A DNA stretch of 64,000 bases from Sanchytrium tribonematis (GCA_018985235.1 JADGIG010000001.1:1-64000), one strand, 5' to 3'; positions 44,848 through 55,418 are shown, numbered from the stretch's first letter. Translations and numbers: made by a program. Notes: a model not told the origin generated them from the letters alone.

Positions 44848-45504
44848 TTATACCAGATTTAATAATTCTTGGATTGCAGCTTTCACGCCATCAGGGTGAT
44901 TGAACACAGCACTTCCCGCCACAAAGTTGTTAGCACCAGCTTTTGAAGCCTTGGCAATAGTAGACTTGTTGATACCTCCATCCACTTGTATGTCAAGCGT
45001 AGGAAATTTCTTTCGTAAGACTGTCACCTTATCTAGGCAGTCCTCCATCATAGATTGCCCACCAAAACCAGGATTAACAGTCATTATCAAAACAGAATCT
45101 AATTCTTCAACAATGTCGTAAATTTCTTCGGATAATGGTGTTGCAGGCTTTAGCGCCATACTAGTTTTTAAATTGTGTTGTTTGCAAAGTTCAATTAGGC
45201 CCTTGGGATTGTCAGTGGCTTCGTAGTGAAAAGTACAACCATGTGCTTGGTTTTCTAGCAGTGGGATCAACGACTCTGGGTGTGATACCATAAGGTGGGC
45301 ATCTAAATAGAAGGACTTTGCTTGTCCATTTAGCTGTTTTCTTAAGCATTTTATGACTGGTGGTCCAAAAGTCAAGTTGGGTACGAAATGATTATCCATG
45401 ACATCTAAGTGTATATATTGTGTTTTATCTAAACATAGAAGACACTCTTCGAATAGTCTACTAAAATCACTTGAGAGAATCGAAGGAGAAATAATTTTTT
45501 GCAT
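44848..45504 (-). CDS. RPE1: Ribulose-phosphate 3-epimerase
   Basis: SPSILSSDF, HLDVMDNHFVPNLTFG, MTVNPGFGGQ, VDGG, VAGSA. Confidence 0.96.
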   Translation of the reverse strand: MQKIISPSILSSDFSRLFEECLLCLDKTQYIHLDVMDNHFVPNLTFGPPVIKCLRKQLNGQAKSFYLDAHLMVSHPESLIPLLENQAHGCTFHYEATDNPKGLIELCKQHNLKTSMALKPATPLSEEIYDIVEELDSVLIMTVNPGFGGQSMMEDCLDKVTVLRKKFPTLDIQVDGGINKSTIAKASKAGANNFVAGSAVFNHPDGVKAAIQELLNLV

Positions 45505-45633
45505 GTTTTGCAATTAATTTAATTTGAAATCATGTAATAAAAATCAATATTTTATAAATATAATTCCAATTTATATTAGTGAATCGAGAACATCTTTTTC
45601 AGAAGGTAGAAGAATCTACTAAAACTCCTTGAA

Positions 45634-47298
45634 ATGGCCACTTCTTTAAGTTTAAACACTATTTGTTCAATATGCTCGCATACGGTTCAATTTAAAGCGA
45701 AAACATCCTGTGAGCACGAAATGTGCTCTGTATGTGCTATAAGAATGAGGCTATTATTCAAGCAAGAAAATTGCGTGTTTTGCAAACAACCAATTCAATA
45801 TTTAATCGTTGGCAACGATCCTCAAAAAAAGGCCTTTCCGTTTGCTCATTTGAAATGGCAAATATACTACACTTCTGTAGATGCGTATTACCACGTTATG
45901 AATTTATTAAGATTTCATTGCCCAATATGTGAGAAACAATGGAATAGTTATCTATACTTTACAGCTGCATCTGAAAATCAAGAAATACAAAATTATGCTG
46001 TTGAGCAGATAAAATATACCTCAAAGACATACTCCTCCTTCAAAGAACTTGCGACACACTTAAAAAGTCACACAGATGAAGTTCCCTCAGGTTATAAATT
46101 TTGCGACATTTGCGTCAAAGATGCAAAACGATTTGTTCGCGAACTTAATATATATCCTTCAAACTTGATTTCAAAGCATACTAATACTGGAGATAAACAA
46201 TTTTTGCAATCCAATGTTGAGGATCATCGAGAAAAGGATTTCAAAGTCAGCATTACTGAGAAAAAAAATGTATTGAACCCATTAATCAATTTTGCTGGAC
46301 ATCCGCTGTGTCAATTTTGCACAAACCGCTTTGTAGATCAAGAGCAATTGAAAAAGCATATGAAAGAAAGACACGAAGAGTGCTCTTTGTGCAAACAATC
46401 TGGAAAAAGTATTTGGTTCAATGCCTTAAAAGATCTACAAGCACATTATAAAGAAGACCACATTGTTTGTGAATATTGTACGACTTCTGAAGGATTAATC
46501 GGCTTTGCGGATGATTTGGACTACATCAATCATCTAGCTTCGAAACACAATATCACTAACAAAATCAGGATAGGCCAAAAGCCTAAGACACTAAAAAATG
46601 CCCAGACTTCTCAAGAAGTATTACCGGTTGCCCTAGAGCCTATTGAACGCCAACTGCGACAAACCTCAATAGCTACCTCAGTCAATGTAAACAAAATTAT
46701 TGACTGTCATTGCTCAAGAAATTGTGACTTGAAGATTATCTGTTCCCTATTTCACCATGACCGCAGGTTGCAGGTATTTCGAGATTTTCTAATAGAGCTG
46801 TCACCATTAGAGCCCAGTCAAATATACGATGAGTTATTTAAACTTCAGCCGCGATTATTTACTTATCCCGAGCTTACTAATTTGATTCAATGGTTTATTT
46901 GTACAAGCCCAGTCAGTTTTAGGATTCAACTCAGGGATGGCTGGAAGCCGTGGTATGAACAAAATTGCAAATTTCCTGATTTAGCAATTGCTGACTGTGT
47001 TGTTAGATTTGTTGTTGTTGAACACGCAAAACCAAAAAATCAACCAAGTGGGCCTAGATCGATGCTACATATGGTGAATCGAGCACAGCACAATTCGCAA
47101 AGCAAATCATCAATCTACTTGCCTTGGCTTTGGACAGACGCTCCTTTGGGCTCCAAATCTGAATCGACAATTGATATTAGCATTCCGACTAGAAGCATTC
47201 CCCTTTCTTCGACTGAAGCACCAAATACCAGTCAGGATAGGCCTAGAAAGCAAAAGCAAAGTGGTCGAAAGAAACAGGTTTTAATGAAAATGGGTTGA
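45634..47298 (+). CDS. HEL2: Hel2/ZNF598-like RING and C2H2 E3 ligase (ribosome quality control)
   Basis: RING CSIC..CEHEMCSVCAIRMR..CVFCK, GHPLCQFC, HEECSLC, terminal RKKQVLM. Confidence 0.85.
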   Translation: MATSLSLNTICSICSHTVQFKAKTSCEHEMCSVCAIRMRLLFKQENCVFCKQPIQYLIVGNDPQKKAFPFAHLKWQIYYTSVDAYYHVMNLLRFHCPICEKQWNSYLYFTAASENQEIQNYAVEQIKYTSKTYSSFKELATHLKSHTDEVPSGYKFCDICVKDAKRFVRELNIYPSNLISKHTNTGDKQFLQSNVEDHREKDFKVSITEKKNVLNPLINFAGHPLCQFCTNRFVDQEQLKKHMKERHEECSLCKQSGKSIWFNALKDLQAHYKEDHIVCEYCTTSEGLIGFADDLDYINHLASKHNITNKIRIGQKPKTLKNAQTSQEVLPVALEPIERQLRQTSIATSVNVNKIIDCHCSRNCDLKIICSLFHHDRRLQVFRDFLIELSPLEPSQIYDELFKLQPRLFTYPELTNLIQWFICTSPVSFRIQLRDGWKPWYEQNCKFPDLAIADCVVRFVVVEHAKPKNQPSGPRSMLHMVNRAQHNSQSKSSIYLPWLWTDAPLGSKSESTIDISIPTRSIPLSSTEAPNTSQDRPRKQKQSGRKKQVLMKMG

Positions 47299-47382
47299 AA
47301 TTGAATTTTAAAAAGTAATAAATAAAAATCAAATGGTTTTCGATTATATTAGAGTCATATCACCCCAAAGTTTCAGTTGAAA

Positions 47383-47997
47383 ATGAGCTGCCCACACCAC
47401 AAAGAATCTGTGAATCCTAATAATTTAATGCCCGAATATTCTCAAGAAAGAGACAAAGATCAAAAGGCAACATTGCCGGTCCAGCGTCAAATTTCTTCAA
47501 TTCCAAAGGCCGAAAACGCAAGTGGGCCTGGTAGCACTAACGCAGATAAGAATTGGCACTATCCAAGTCCTCAGCAATTTTACAACGCTTTGAAAAAGAA
47601 AAACATGGCAGCTCCAGAGGAGCATATTGAGTCGATGGTGGATATTCATAATTTTCTAAATGAAGAGGTTTGGAATGAAATTCTTAAGTGGGAAAATGAA
47701 CATAAGGATCTTTGTGAGACACCCAAATTGATGAGATTTGAAGGTAAAGCATCAAAACCCTCTATCAAAGGTAGATGGAGTTCCTTGATCTATAAGCAAG
47801 TTCCTTTCGATAGGCATGACTGGACAATTGATCGTTGTGGCAGACATGTTAGGTATATCATTGATTACTATGAGGGACCTGTCGAAAACGATAATCCTAC
47901 ATTCTACTGCGACGTTCGTCCAGCTCTTGACAGTCCCCAGGCCATTTTTCAGCGAATGAGAGAAACTATGAAATCTTATACTAATACAAGCAAATAA
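47383..47997 (+). CDS. CYC3: Holocytochrome c synthase (heme lyase)
   Basis: N-terminal CP motif, WHYPSPQQFYNA, IHNFLNE..W..I..WE, PFDRHDW, YIIDYY, DVRPALDS. Confidence 0.93.
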   Translation: MSCPHHKESVNPNNLMPEYSQERDKDQKATLPVQRQISSIPKAENASGPGSTNADKNWHYPSPQQFYNALKKKNMAAPEEHIESMVDIHNFLNEEVWNEILKWENEHKDLCETPKLMRFEGKASKPSIKGRWSSLIYKQVPFDRHDWTIDRCGRHVRYIIDYYEGPVENDNPTFYCDVRPALDSPQAIFQRMRETMKSYTNTSK

Positions 47998-48014
47998 ATT
48001 TATTCGTGTAGCTT

Positions 48015-48923
48015 TTAAAATTTTGAACTGAAAAGACTTAACGTTGCTAGCACAGCCTCCTCTGTTCTTATAGTGCGAGAGCCTTGGTGAGGAGCAATGT
48101 TAATGTAATTTGAAAATCTTGATTTAACATCATCAGCGCTGCTCTCATACAAATTGGCTTGCTCTAACCCATCAACGCCTCCAAAACAAATTAAAGCATT
48201 TTTGGATTCAGGAATCTCTATATCATCAAAGTTTTCACCTCTTTCGCTGGTTCCAAGAATGTAATCAAAATCGCTTTGCAGGACCTCAGTGAGATTCGCA
48301 CAATTTCGAATCTTATAGCCCCAATAAGTTAGATTCTCCGCCTCGCTTCGATCAACAATTGTACCCTCTGTGCCAATGTTAGACTCCATCAATTTCACTG
48401 TAACTCTAGAGTCCGTATCACGTACCTCGTCTGATATTATAGGCTTGTCAAGGCCGACATCTACCAAACACCCACCCTTAAGCTGTTCAACAACCACTCC
48501 TTCTCTGAATTGAAAATTGTCAAACTTCCTAAAGTGATGGGGACAGTCTAGAGGAGGAAGCAATCCTACAAATCTTAAATCGTCACTTTTACGGATTAAT
48601 CTTTTGCGCAAATATTGTGGCGTCTCCAAATAATTTAAAATCTTGGTTAAAAAAATAGAGCCACGGCTTTTTTCTTCATCATTAAAAATATATATAGTCT
48701 TAATTCTATATATTGCGCATGCTCGGGCTATTTGACCAGCCAATATAGTTTTCATTTGTAAGGATTGGGCATTGTCCAATATTGAGCCAGGCAGAGCAAT
48801 ACTTAGGTTTGTTTTTCTGGGAATAGGTTGTTTTAGGTCGTTATCATTGTAATTAGGTCTATCAAAATGTCTCTTCTTTGATTGTTTGTCGAATTTCGAC
48901 TTCCGTTTTTCTCCAAGCGTCAT
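48015..48923 (-). CDS. SPOUT1/C9orf114-family RNA methyltransferase
   Basis: SIALPGSI, QIARAC, YLETPQYLRK, LPPLDCPHH, QGSRTIRTEEA. Confidence 0.92.
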   Translation of the reverse strand: MTLGEKRKSKFDKQSKKRHFDRPNYNDNDLKQPIPRKTNLSIALPGSILDNAQSLQMKTILAGQIARACAIYRIKTIYIFNDEEKSRGSIFLTKILNYLETPQYLRKRLIRKSDDLRFVGLLPPLDCPHHFRKFDNFQFREGVVVEQLKGGCLVDVGLDKPIISDEVRDTDSRVTVKLMESNIGTEGTIVDRSEAENLTYWGYKIRNCANLTEVLQSDFDYILGTSERGENFDDIEIPESKNALICFGGVDGLEQANLYESSADDVKSRFSNYINIAPHQGSRTIRTEEAVLATLSLFSSKF

Positions 48924-48953
48924 ATCCTCATTTTTTTAAGTAACACATAATAT

Positions 48954-49478
48954 TTATTTAGTACGCATCTCTCTTTCAAGAACAGTTTTGACCATAGAGC
49001 TGCAAAGTTTCCTATAAGGATTTTCGTAAACGGTAGCCTTTCTAGCAATAGATTGTCCTAATTCAGCAGCGCGACAAAAATCGGTGTAGGAAGAATCGGA
49101 ATGTCCAGCGGATTTGAGTACAATGGCACGTTGAGTGTGAGATTGCTTTAAGACCTCCGGATCATTGCAATTTTCAATAACATGATTTAAATCTTGTAAA
49201 GCTTCCTCATTTTTTCCAGTAATTCTAAAAATTTGGGCTCTGTTATTGTAAAGCGAATAATAATTAGGGTTTTTTGATATAAGACGGGTCATTTCTTGCA
49301 GAGACTCATCATACTTTCCATCCTCTGCCAATAAAACAGCCATTATTTCATTTTCTCTTAGTTGAGGATCGACTTCTTTACAGGCAGGAAATGATGGATA
49401 ATCTTTAGGCGAGTCCGTAAAGGTATAGCCATCAATAGGTCCGCTAAAAATCATATCTAGAACTTGAGAATCAGACAT
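48954..49478 (-). CDS. TTC36-like TPR protein
   Basis: DSQVLDMIF start, SLYNNRAQ, DF..AAELG, ENPYRKLC. Confidence 0.82.
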   Translation of the reverse strand: MSDSQVLDMIFSGPIDGYTFTDSPKDYPSFPACKEVDPQLRENEIMAVLLAEDGKYDESLQEMTRLISKNPNYYSLYNNRAQIFRITGKNEEALQDLNHVIENCNDPEVLKQSHTQRAIVLKSAGHSDSSYTDFCRAAELGQSIARKATVYENPYRKLCSSMVKTVLEREMRTK

Positions 49479-49504
49479 GATTTGCCTCACGGAGTTAAAA
49501 CCTG

Positions 49505-50254
49505 ATGGTTCTATCGCCCAAAAAAATTGCAAATGTACAGCGGATAATTGGTGTGCTATCTGGAAAAGGAGGTGTAGGAAAATCCAGTATTGCAGTCAGT
49601 ATAGCCGTGAATTTGCACGGCAGTGTAGGGATCCTTGATGCTGATATTTTTGGGCCGTCAATTCCGAAATTGTTGAATTTGAGTGGACAACCTGAGGTTG
49701 ATACTAATAACAAGATGCAGCCGATGATAAATTATAATATAAAATGTATGTCAATGGGATTTTTAACAAATAAAGCTGTCGTTTGGAGAGGATTAATGGT
49801 CATGAAAGCTCTCCAAGATATGATTTGGAATACTAGTTGGGGACATTTGGATTATCTTGTTATTGATTTTCCACCCGGCACTGGTGATGCACAATTGACG
49901 ATAATGCAACAGCTTAAAATTGATGGGTGTGTGGTTGTTTCAACACCACAAAAACTTTCTTTAATAGATGCCCAAAAAGGCATTGAGATGCTCGACAAAT
50001 TGAATATTCCGGTCTTGGGGCTGGTCAAAAATATGTCATATTTCAAATGTCCGAGTTGTCAATCCAGACACTCTCTTTTTCCAGATCATGATTTGAATTT
50101 TTGGAAATCGCAAAATATAGTTGAGTTGCCTTTTGATCCCAAAGCCTGCAGTATGTTTGACAACGGCCAGCTTTTAATTCCAAAAGATTCTGAGTTTTCT
50201 AAAAACATATCCTCATTTACGGAAAAAATTCAGTTAAATTTAAATAGAAAATAG
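49505..50254 (+). CDS. IND1: Mrp/NBP35-family Fe-S scaffold, Ind1/NUBPL type
   Basis: SGKGGVGKS, DADIFGPSIP, VVWRGLMVMKA, DFPPGTGD, CPSC. Confidence 0.88.
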   Translation: MVLSPKKIANVQRIIGVLSGKGGVGKSSIAVSIAVNLHGSVGILDADIFGPSIPKLLNLSGQPEVDTNNKMQPMINYNIKCMSMGFLTNKAVVWRGLMVMKALQDMIWNTSWGHLDYLVIDFPPGTGDAQLTIMQQLKIDGCVVVSTPQKLSLIDAQKGIEMLDKLNIPVLGLVKNMSYFKCPSCQSRHSLFPDHDLNFWKSQNIVELPFDPKACSMFDNGQLLIPKDSEFSKNISSFTEKIQLNLNRK

Positions 50255-50277
50255 AAAATAAATTTATTTTTGAAACA

Positions 50278-50769
50278 ATGACTTCTCTTTGGGACAAATT
50301 GCAAAATACTCCAACCACTAGGATTTCGTTTACGAAAGACGGAATGATGGAGGGACAGAGACTCAACTCGCAACCTTCGTACTCCACTCCAGAAAATTAC
50401 CTTGAGATAAAAGTTAAAAATCCCTTGATTGAAAATTCTGATAACAATAATGGATATACCACCTACGAAATACACTTAAAGACCAATTTACCAATGTTCA
50501 AAATCAAGGAAACTATTGTAAGGCGCAGATATAAGGATTTTGAAAATTTTAAGAGCTATTTGGAAAGAGAATGCCCTCATGTACATTTGCCTAATTTACC
50601 TGGAAAAGTTTTAAGAAATAGATTTTCAGACGATGTTATAGATACCAGAATGAAAGGTTTGGAGCGCTTTGTACAAATAGTCGCTGGCCACCCGCTTATT
50701 CAAACAAGTTCAAAAATACTAATTCCATTTTTACAGGACCCTGTCTTTCATCGAGATAACTGGAAATAA
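50278..50769 (+). CDS. SNX3: Sorting nexin 3 (PX-only)
   Basis: PENYLEIKV, VRRRYKDF, LPGK, VAGHPL. Confidence 0.93.
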   Translation: MTSLWDKLQNTPTTRISFTKDGMMEGQRLNSQPSYSTPENYLEIKVKNPLIENSDNNNGYTTYEIHLKTNLPMFKIKETIVRRRYKDFENFKSYLERECPHVHLPNLPGKVLRNRFSDDVIDTRMKGLERFVQIVAGHPLIQTSSKILIPFLQDPVFHRDNWK

Positions 50770-50897
50770 AGTAAATTTTGGATTTTTATGTTGCAGCAAT
50801 TAAATCTAGCTTGTGTAATCATAGATAATCAAATTAATTTTATATTGTAATAAAAAATTCGAAGGCCATTTTTTTGTTCTCAAAATTTGCTTTGAAA

Positions 50898-53800
50898 ATG
50901 CCAGGATATTCTGATTCAATTATGAGACTCAACTGCTTAATATTCCATCAAAGTAGATTAATGGAATTATCAGCTGTATTTCAGTTGGCCACATTTTTTG
51001 TATTTTCATACTGGTTTACATTTAACAAACTAGATCCTCAATTGGTGGCTTATTTTTTTCCAGATTCAATTGATGGTTTTATTTATTGCAGCTTAATGTT
51101 AATCGCAGGACAACTTTGCCTGGTGTTAAAAATATTAGTAAGTATGAATGAGGCATTATATCCAACTGCTCAAAACATCAAGTTTCTAAGAGGTTTGATT
51201 TTAGTTAATGGATATATTTTATTTGCCCCTACTTTGCAAGTTATAGTTTATGTCATTCATCTATGCATTGAGACACCTACAGTCAAGTTTGTTCTATTCT
51301 CGATATTTGGTTCAATATTATTTGCAGCCCAAGCACTCTTCAACATGTATTCGCTTTATCTTCATGTATATTTCAAAATGCCTTTACACCAAGGTATAGG
51401 GAGATACGACAGAAATAGTCAAATGGGAGAAGTTCTTCTTGTGATTATTCCTTGTTTGTGTTCTTTGTTCCATAGTGTGACTTTAATTTTGATATCGTCA
51501 TTTATTATTACTCTGTATCTTTGCTACAGAGGTACATCTTTTCCATCCTTTCAGTCTGTTTACCTTTGCCAGTTACAATTGGCATCTTATTGGACATATC
51601 TCTGTTTTATTATAATATCAAGCTTATTTTATCTATTGCCAGAAGGAAATATTGATGGTCTTAGTTTTACATTAATTCAAATTTTGCTTCTGTTTGCAAT
51701 GCTCACAAATTCATTTAAATATTACATGTCTTCCTTCGTACCTAATATTGATGTACTTCGAATAACTCAGAGTTACCTTAAAGGTCAATTGACATACAAT
51801 GAATACATTCAAAAAATCCCGTTGCTCATCAATACAGACTCTTTTTATCCATTTGTGACAGCAGTTCATTTTTTATCAAATTTCAATTTGGTTGAAGAAT
51901 TCGACTCTGATACTAATAGTACTGGAAGTCACTCGAGACCATCTCAGGAAAGTAATGTTTTATTGACTAGGCATAAAGGACACTATTTGGTTAGTAATGC
52001 TGTTTATAATTGTTTAATTTTTGGAGACACCATTTTTGATAAAGGCATTGTATTAAAAAAGCAAGCTGTTAGATATTGTTGGATGAACTTTGGAATGATA
52101 GAAGACAAGTCAAGGGCTATAGAATTGGAAAATCAATTGATATTAGGCAAAAGAAATATACTTGCAAATTACACATTAGTTTTGGTCTCTACTATTAGAA
52201 AATTAAAAGATTTGGCAGAATTTTCAACGGAAAACGATTTGACACTATTGATGAAAAATTCGTACGAAATTTATTGCACCAAACAAATGAAAAGTGCTTC
52301 GGCTTCACTTTATACAATTTTAAAGGCTATTGAAAATGGAAAGGACTTAAAAATTCATTTGCTTTCCCAACTCTTCGTTAGCAATGCACAGAAGTCTTTC
52401 GTAAATCTAAAAAAATTATTTCAGAAACACCCTCAAGATCCGACTACTTTGAAATTATTAACTACTTTTTTAAATTCAATAGAAAACGACACCGAGTCTG
52501 GGGATTTCATTTCCAAAACCATTGAGATGTTTGACACTAACAGAGGTATTGACAAAGACATTTTAGATATGTCTGCTATTCATGAAGAGTCAGACTCTAC
52601 AAAACAGGATAACTCAGGACAATTTGACTATGTCGGAAAGTTCTTGATCATAAATGAAAACATGAAAAGAGTTCGATTTGGAAATGAACAATGGCAGTCA
52701 AGATTTCATTATCTGATGAACTTTGCAATATTTGTATTGTTTGTATCATTAATTATATGCATAATTTTAAATGGATACACTTTAATTGATTATTTTCAAT
52801 TACAACTATCTTTTTCCCAATTGGCCTCTATATTGCCTGTTAAACGTCAAAAGGCCGATACATACTTCATTGACAACAATGATCTTTTCACACCTTCTTT
52901 ATTGGAATTGGAAGATTTTACAACTGATCTGGTCTATTTAGGAAGGACTGATGGCTATGATACAATTAGATTTCTAGACACGTCTAGTATTTGGTCGCCA
53001 AATATAATCAATGCAACAGCATACACACTATCCAAATCGTCCTTTCTTGACACTAACCTTGACCAAATTACAATTTATGCCAGTTCTCTTTTGCCAGATA
53101 TTATCAAGCGAACCTTTATAACATTTTCTACATTCACTGCGAGTGTTTCCCAAATTGTGAGACTCTCAGAATATCATCAGGATTTAGAGTTACGTTTAAC
53201 GGAAAGAAATTATATTTACTTTGAATATACTCTGTTTCCGACTATAACATTGTTTTTAATTTTGGTGTTTTTTGTGGCAATGATTTACACATTTGCAATC
53301 AAAAGAGAAAGATCTGTCTTATTGACCGAAGTGAGAGCAAAATGTACCGATGCATTATCCTTGGCAGCTTATTTGAAAGGCAAAATTTTTTCGTCCTCAG
53401 AAGAACAGAAAGAATACCTTACATCTGTTATGGAGACTTTCAATCTTAAAATCAAAAGCAGATCAAAAAATCACATATTTGTAACATTAATTGTTTTGTT
53501 TAGTTTTGGTTTAGTACTAGCTATATTATCCATTGTTTACGTATTTCGCGAAGATGCTATGCAATGTGCATACTTTCAATCAAATCTCTCAGCTTCTACG
53601 TCTTCAGTTTTGTTTGCATTTTACCATTTGCAAACCTTGGGAAGAGTAAATTTGACTTCCCAAAATATTCTGAACAAGCATTATAACGATTTCTTAAATG
53701 CTAGCGACTTCGCTATCTCATTGATGGAAACCAGTACAGCTCAAGTAACTAGTTATATTAGAAATCCGTATTTCGCTGAGCTATCTCATTACGAAGAATA

Positions 53801-54026
53801 CAAATCTTTGATTTTTGACAAAAATTGTGTCAATGACGTTTGCGAAGAATCTTTAGATTTTGAGGTGAATCAGTTTACTAGATCTTTAACAAATTGTTTA
53901 TTTGATACTTGCACCAATCTTCAAGATGTGCTTGACACAGCTTTAAATCAGATACTTTATTGGTTTCTAAGGAAAGTGCACTTATTTTTCTTGAATAATG
54001 TATCAAGGAATGTATCAACATTATAA
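50898..54026 (+). CDS. Large multi-TM protein, possibly TmcB/TmcC-like
   Basis: N-terminal TM cluster; TPR-like LFQKHPQDPTTLKLLTTFLNSIEND; further paired TM segments. Confidence 0.6.
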   Translation: MPGYSDSIMRLNCLIFHQSRLMELSAVFQLATFFVFSYWFTFNKLDPQLVAYFFPDSIDGFIYCSLMLIAGQLCLVLKILVSMNEALYPTAQNIKFLRGLILVNGYILFAPTLQVIVYVIHLCIETPTVKFVLFSIFGSILFAAQALFNMYSLYLHVYFKMPLHQGIGRYDRNSQMGEVLLVIIPCLCSLFHSVTLILISSFIITLYLCYRGTSFPSFQSVYLCQLQLASYWTYLCFIIISSLFYLLPEGNIDGLSFTLIQILLLFAMLTNSFKYYMSSFVPNIDVLRITQSYLKGQLTYNEYIQKIPLLINTDSFYPFVTAVHFLSNFNLVEEFDSDTNSTGSHSRPSQESNVLLTRHKGHYLVSNAVYNCLIFGDTIFDKGIVLKKQAVRYCWMNFGMIEDKSRAIELENQLILGKRNILANYTLVLVSTIRKLKDLAEFSTENDLTLLMKNSYEIYCTKQMKSASASLYTILKAIENGKDLKIHLLSQLFVSNAQKSFVNLKKLFQKHPQDPTTLKLLTTFLNSIENDTESGDFISKTIEMFDTNRGIDKDILDMSAIHEESDSTKQDNSGQFDYVGKFLIINENMKRVRFGNEQWQSRFHYLMNFAIFVLFVSLIICIILNGYTLIDYFQLQLSFSQLASILPVKRQKADTYFIDNNDLFTPSLLELEDFTTDLVYLGRTDGYDTIRFLDTSSIWSPNIINATAYTLSKSSFLDTNLDQITIYASSLLPDIIKRTFITFSTFTASVSQIVRLSEYHQDLELRLTERNYIYFEYTLFPTITLFLILVFFVAMIYTFAIKRERSVLLTEVRAKCTDALSLAAYLKGKIFSSSEEQKEYLTSVMETFNLKIKSRSKNHIFVTLIVLFSFGLVLAILSIVYVFREDAMQCAYFQSNLSASTSSVLFAFYHLQTLGRVNLTSQNILNKHYNDFLNASDFAISLMETSTAQVTSYIRNPYFAELSHYEEYKSLIFDKNCVNDVCEESLDFEVNQFTRSLTNCLFDTCTNLQDVLDTALNQILYWFLRKVHLFFLNNVSRNVSTL

Positions 54027-54432
54027 TTCCAACAATTTGATAAGTTCTTGAATTATCAAATGGGAGAGGGTTTCTGATTTTAGAATATCGTAGGTTAAAT
54101 AATGCCAAGAAGCCGGGTATCGCAGATATAAAGTAAAAAATGTCATCTAATTCCTCAAAAACCATTTGATATTTTGGAAATGAAGGCAGTAGCGCATATT
54201 TAAGCAGCAGAGATAACATAAGTCTACCTTTCGGGTTGTAAATTTTAATCATTGCAATCGATTCACCAAAGGTTTGTTGATTTTGACCAAAATAACTCAA
54301 CAAGAAATACAACAACGGAATATATTTGGTATACGACTGAAAGGAATTGCCTACCGACTTAAGATATAATGACTGTATGTGCTTTACTACATCAGTATCT
54401 AGTTTTTTGGCAAATTCTATGAGTGGATGCAT
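53878..54432 (-). CDS. Possible Pex10-like peroxin (Pex2/Pex12 N-terminal domain) lacking an intact RING
   Basis: QTFGES (cf. TLGEEY), IFYF...LRY, TYQIVGIIM; only 2 Cys and 1 His in the tail. Confidence 0.5.
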   Translation of the reverse strand: MHPLIEFAKKLDTDVVKHIQSLYLKSVGNSFQSYTKYIPLLYFLLSYFGQNQQTFGESIAMIKIYNPKGRLMLSLLLKYALLPSFPKYQMVFEELDDIFYFISAIPGFLALFNLRYSKIRNPLPFDNSRTYQIVGIIMLIHSLIHYSRKISALSLETNKVSDLKLCQAHLEDWCKYQINNLLKI

Positions 54433-54521
54433 CAAATTGAAAGTATCTCACGTGAGGAGTCGAATGATCAGCAAATGGCGATTTTCAAAGGTTAAAACCC
54501 TCTAGCGCCCAAATCCCTCAG

Positions 54522-54755
54522 ATGAATAGATGTTACATCAAATGTCTCGAAGACCACAAAAGCACAAATCTAAGAAAACAGGTATTATCTAAAGCATTCA
54601 TGCATTTCTGCATACGAAATGATCCTGTACAATTTGCACTTTCGAGTACAAAAACCAAAGCTAGTGCGACCAAGCTTATTGAAATTCTCTTACATAAAAA
54701 TTTAACTGACTTGAAGAATGTTGAAAAATCGTTCAAACTTTTAGAATCATCATAA
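54522..54755 (+). CDS. Small hypothetical protein, 77 aa
   Basis: ATG preceded by CCC motifs, stop followed by AAATAAA, fills the gap between genes. Confidence 0.4.
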   Translation: MNRCYIKCLEDHKSTNLRKQVLSKAFMHFCIRNDPVQFALSSTKTKASATKLIEILLHKNLTDLKNVEKSFKLLESS

Positions 54756-54776
54756 AATAAATTTTTTATTTGAAAC

Positions 54777-55418
54777 ATGAAAAGTCTTGATTTGATATCG
54801 ATATATTTTAGCACCACTGTTGGAAGAGATAAATTCTATAGATTGATTCAGTATTTCAGTAGATTTTTATTGGAACATTCTACTGGAGAGATTGCTGCCA
54901 AATTAAAATCATTGATAAGTAGTGCGTCCGTAACACGAAAATGGTTACGGCTTATCCGACTTGACTTTTTTAACCCACTTGTAGAGGAAGCATTTGGGGA
55001 GCCTAAAAAATCATATGATCCAGTGGTCCAATTTCTAACGACAGCCAGAAATATTTCAATGCAATTATTCTTTTTTATGGACCACGCTATTTTATTCCAA
55101 ACTTTGAAAATTTACAACCCTTCAAAAATCGTATTTCAAAACATCAAAAAGCGACAAATGCAATTTTGGGCTTTAGGTATTGTGCTCAGTATACTAAAGC
55201 AATTGCACCTCATAAATAGTTATTCACAATCAAGCAAGAAAGAATCTCAAAAATTTAACGATAAAAAGAAAATTTTGATGGATTTCCTGGACCTTATGAT
55301 ACCTTTGAACTCGCTGAGTTACCTGAATTTTTCTGAAGGAAAAGTGGGGCTTTTAGGTACCATTACAGCTGCAAATGGAATTTACGAAAATTATCTGCTG
55401 GCAAAGAAAAATTTGTAG
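54777..55418 (+). CDS. PEX11: Peroxin Pex11
   Basis: TTVGRDKFYRLIQYFSRFL, RKWLRL, DFLDLMIP, VGLLGTIT. Confidence 0.92.
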   Translation: MKSLDLISIYFSTTVGRDKFYRLIQYFSRFLLEHSTGEIAAKLKSLISSASVTRKWLRLIRLDFFNPLVEEAFGEPKKSYDPVVQFLTTARNISMQLFFFMDHAILFQTLKIYNPSKIVFQNIKKRQMQFWALGIVLSILKQLHLINSYSQSSKKESQKFNDKKKILMDFLDLMIPLNSLSYLNFSEGKVGLLGTITAANGIYENYLLAKKNL

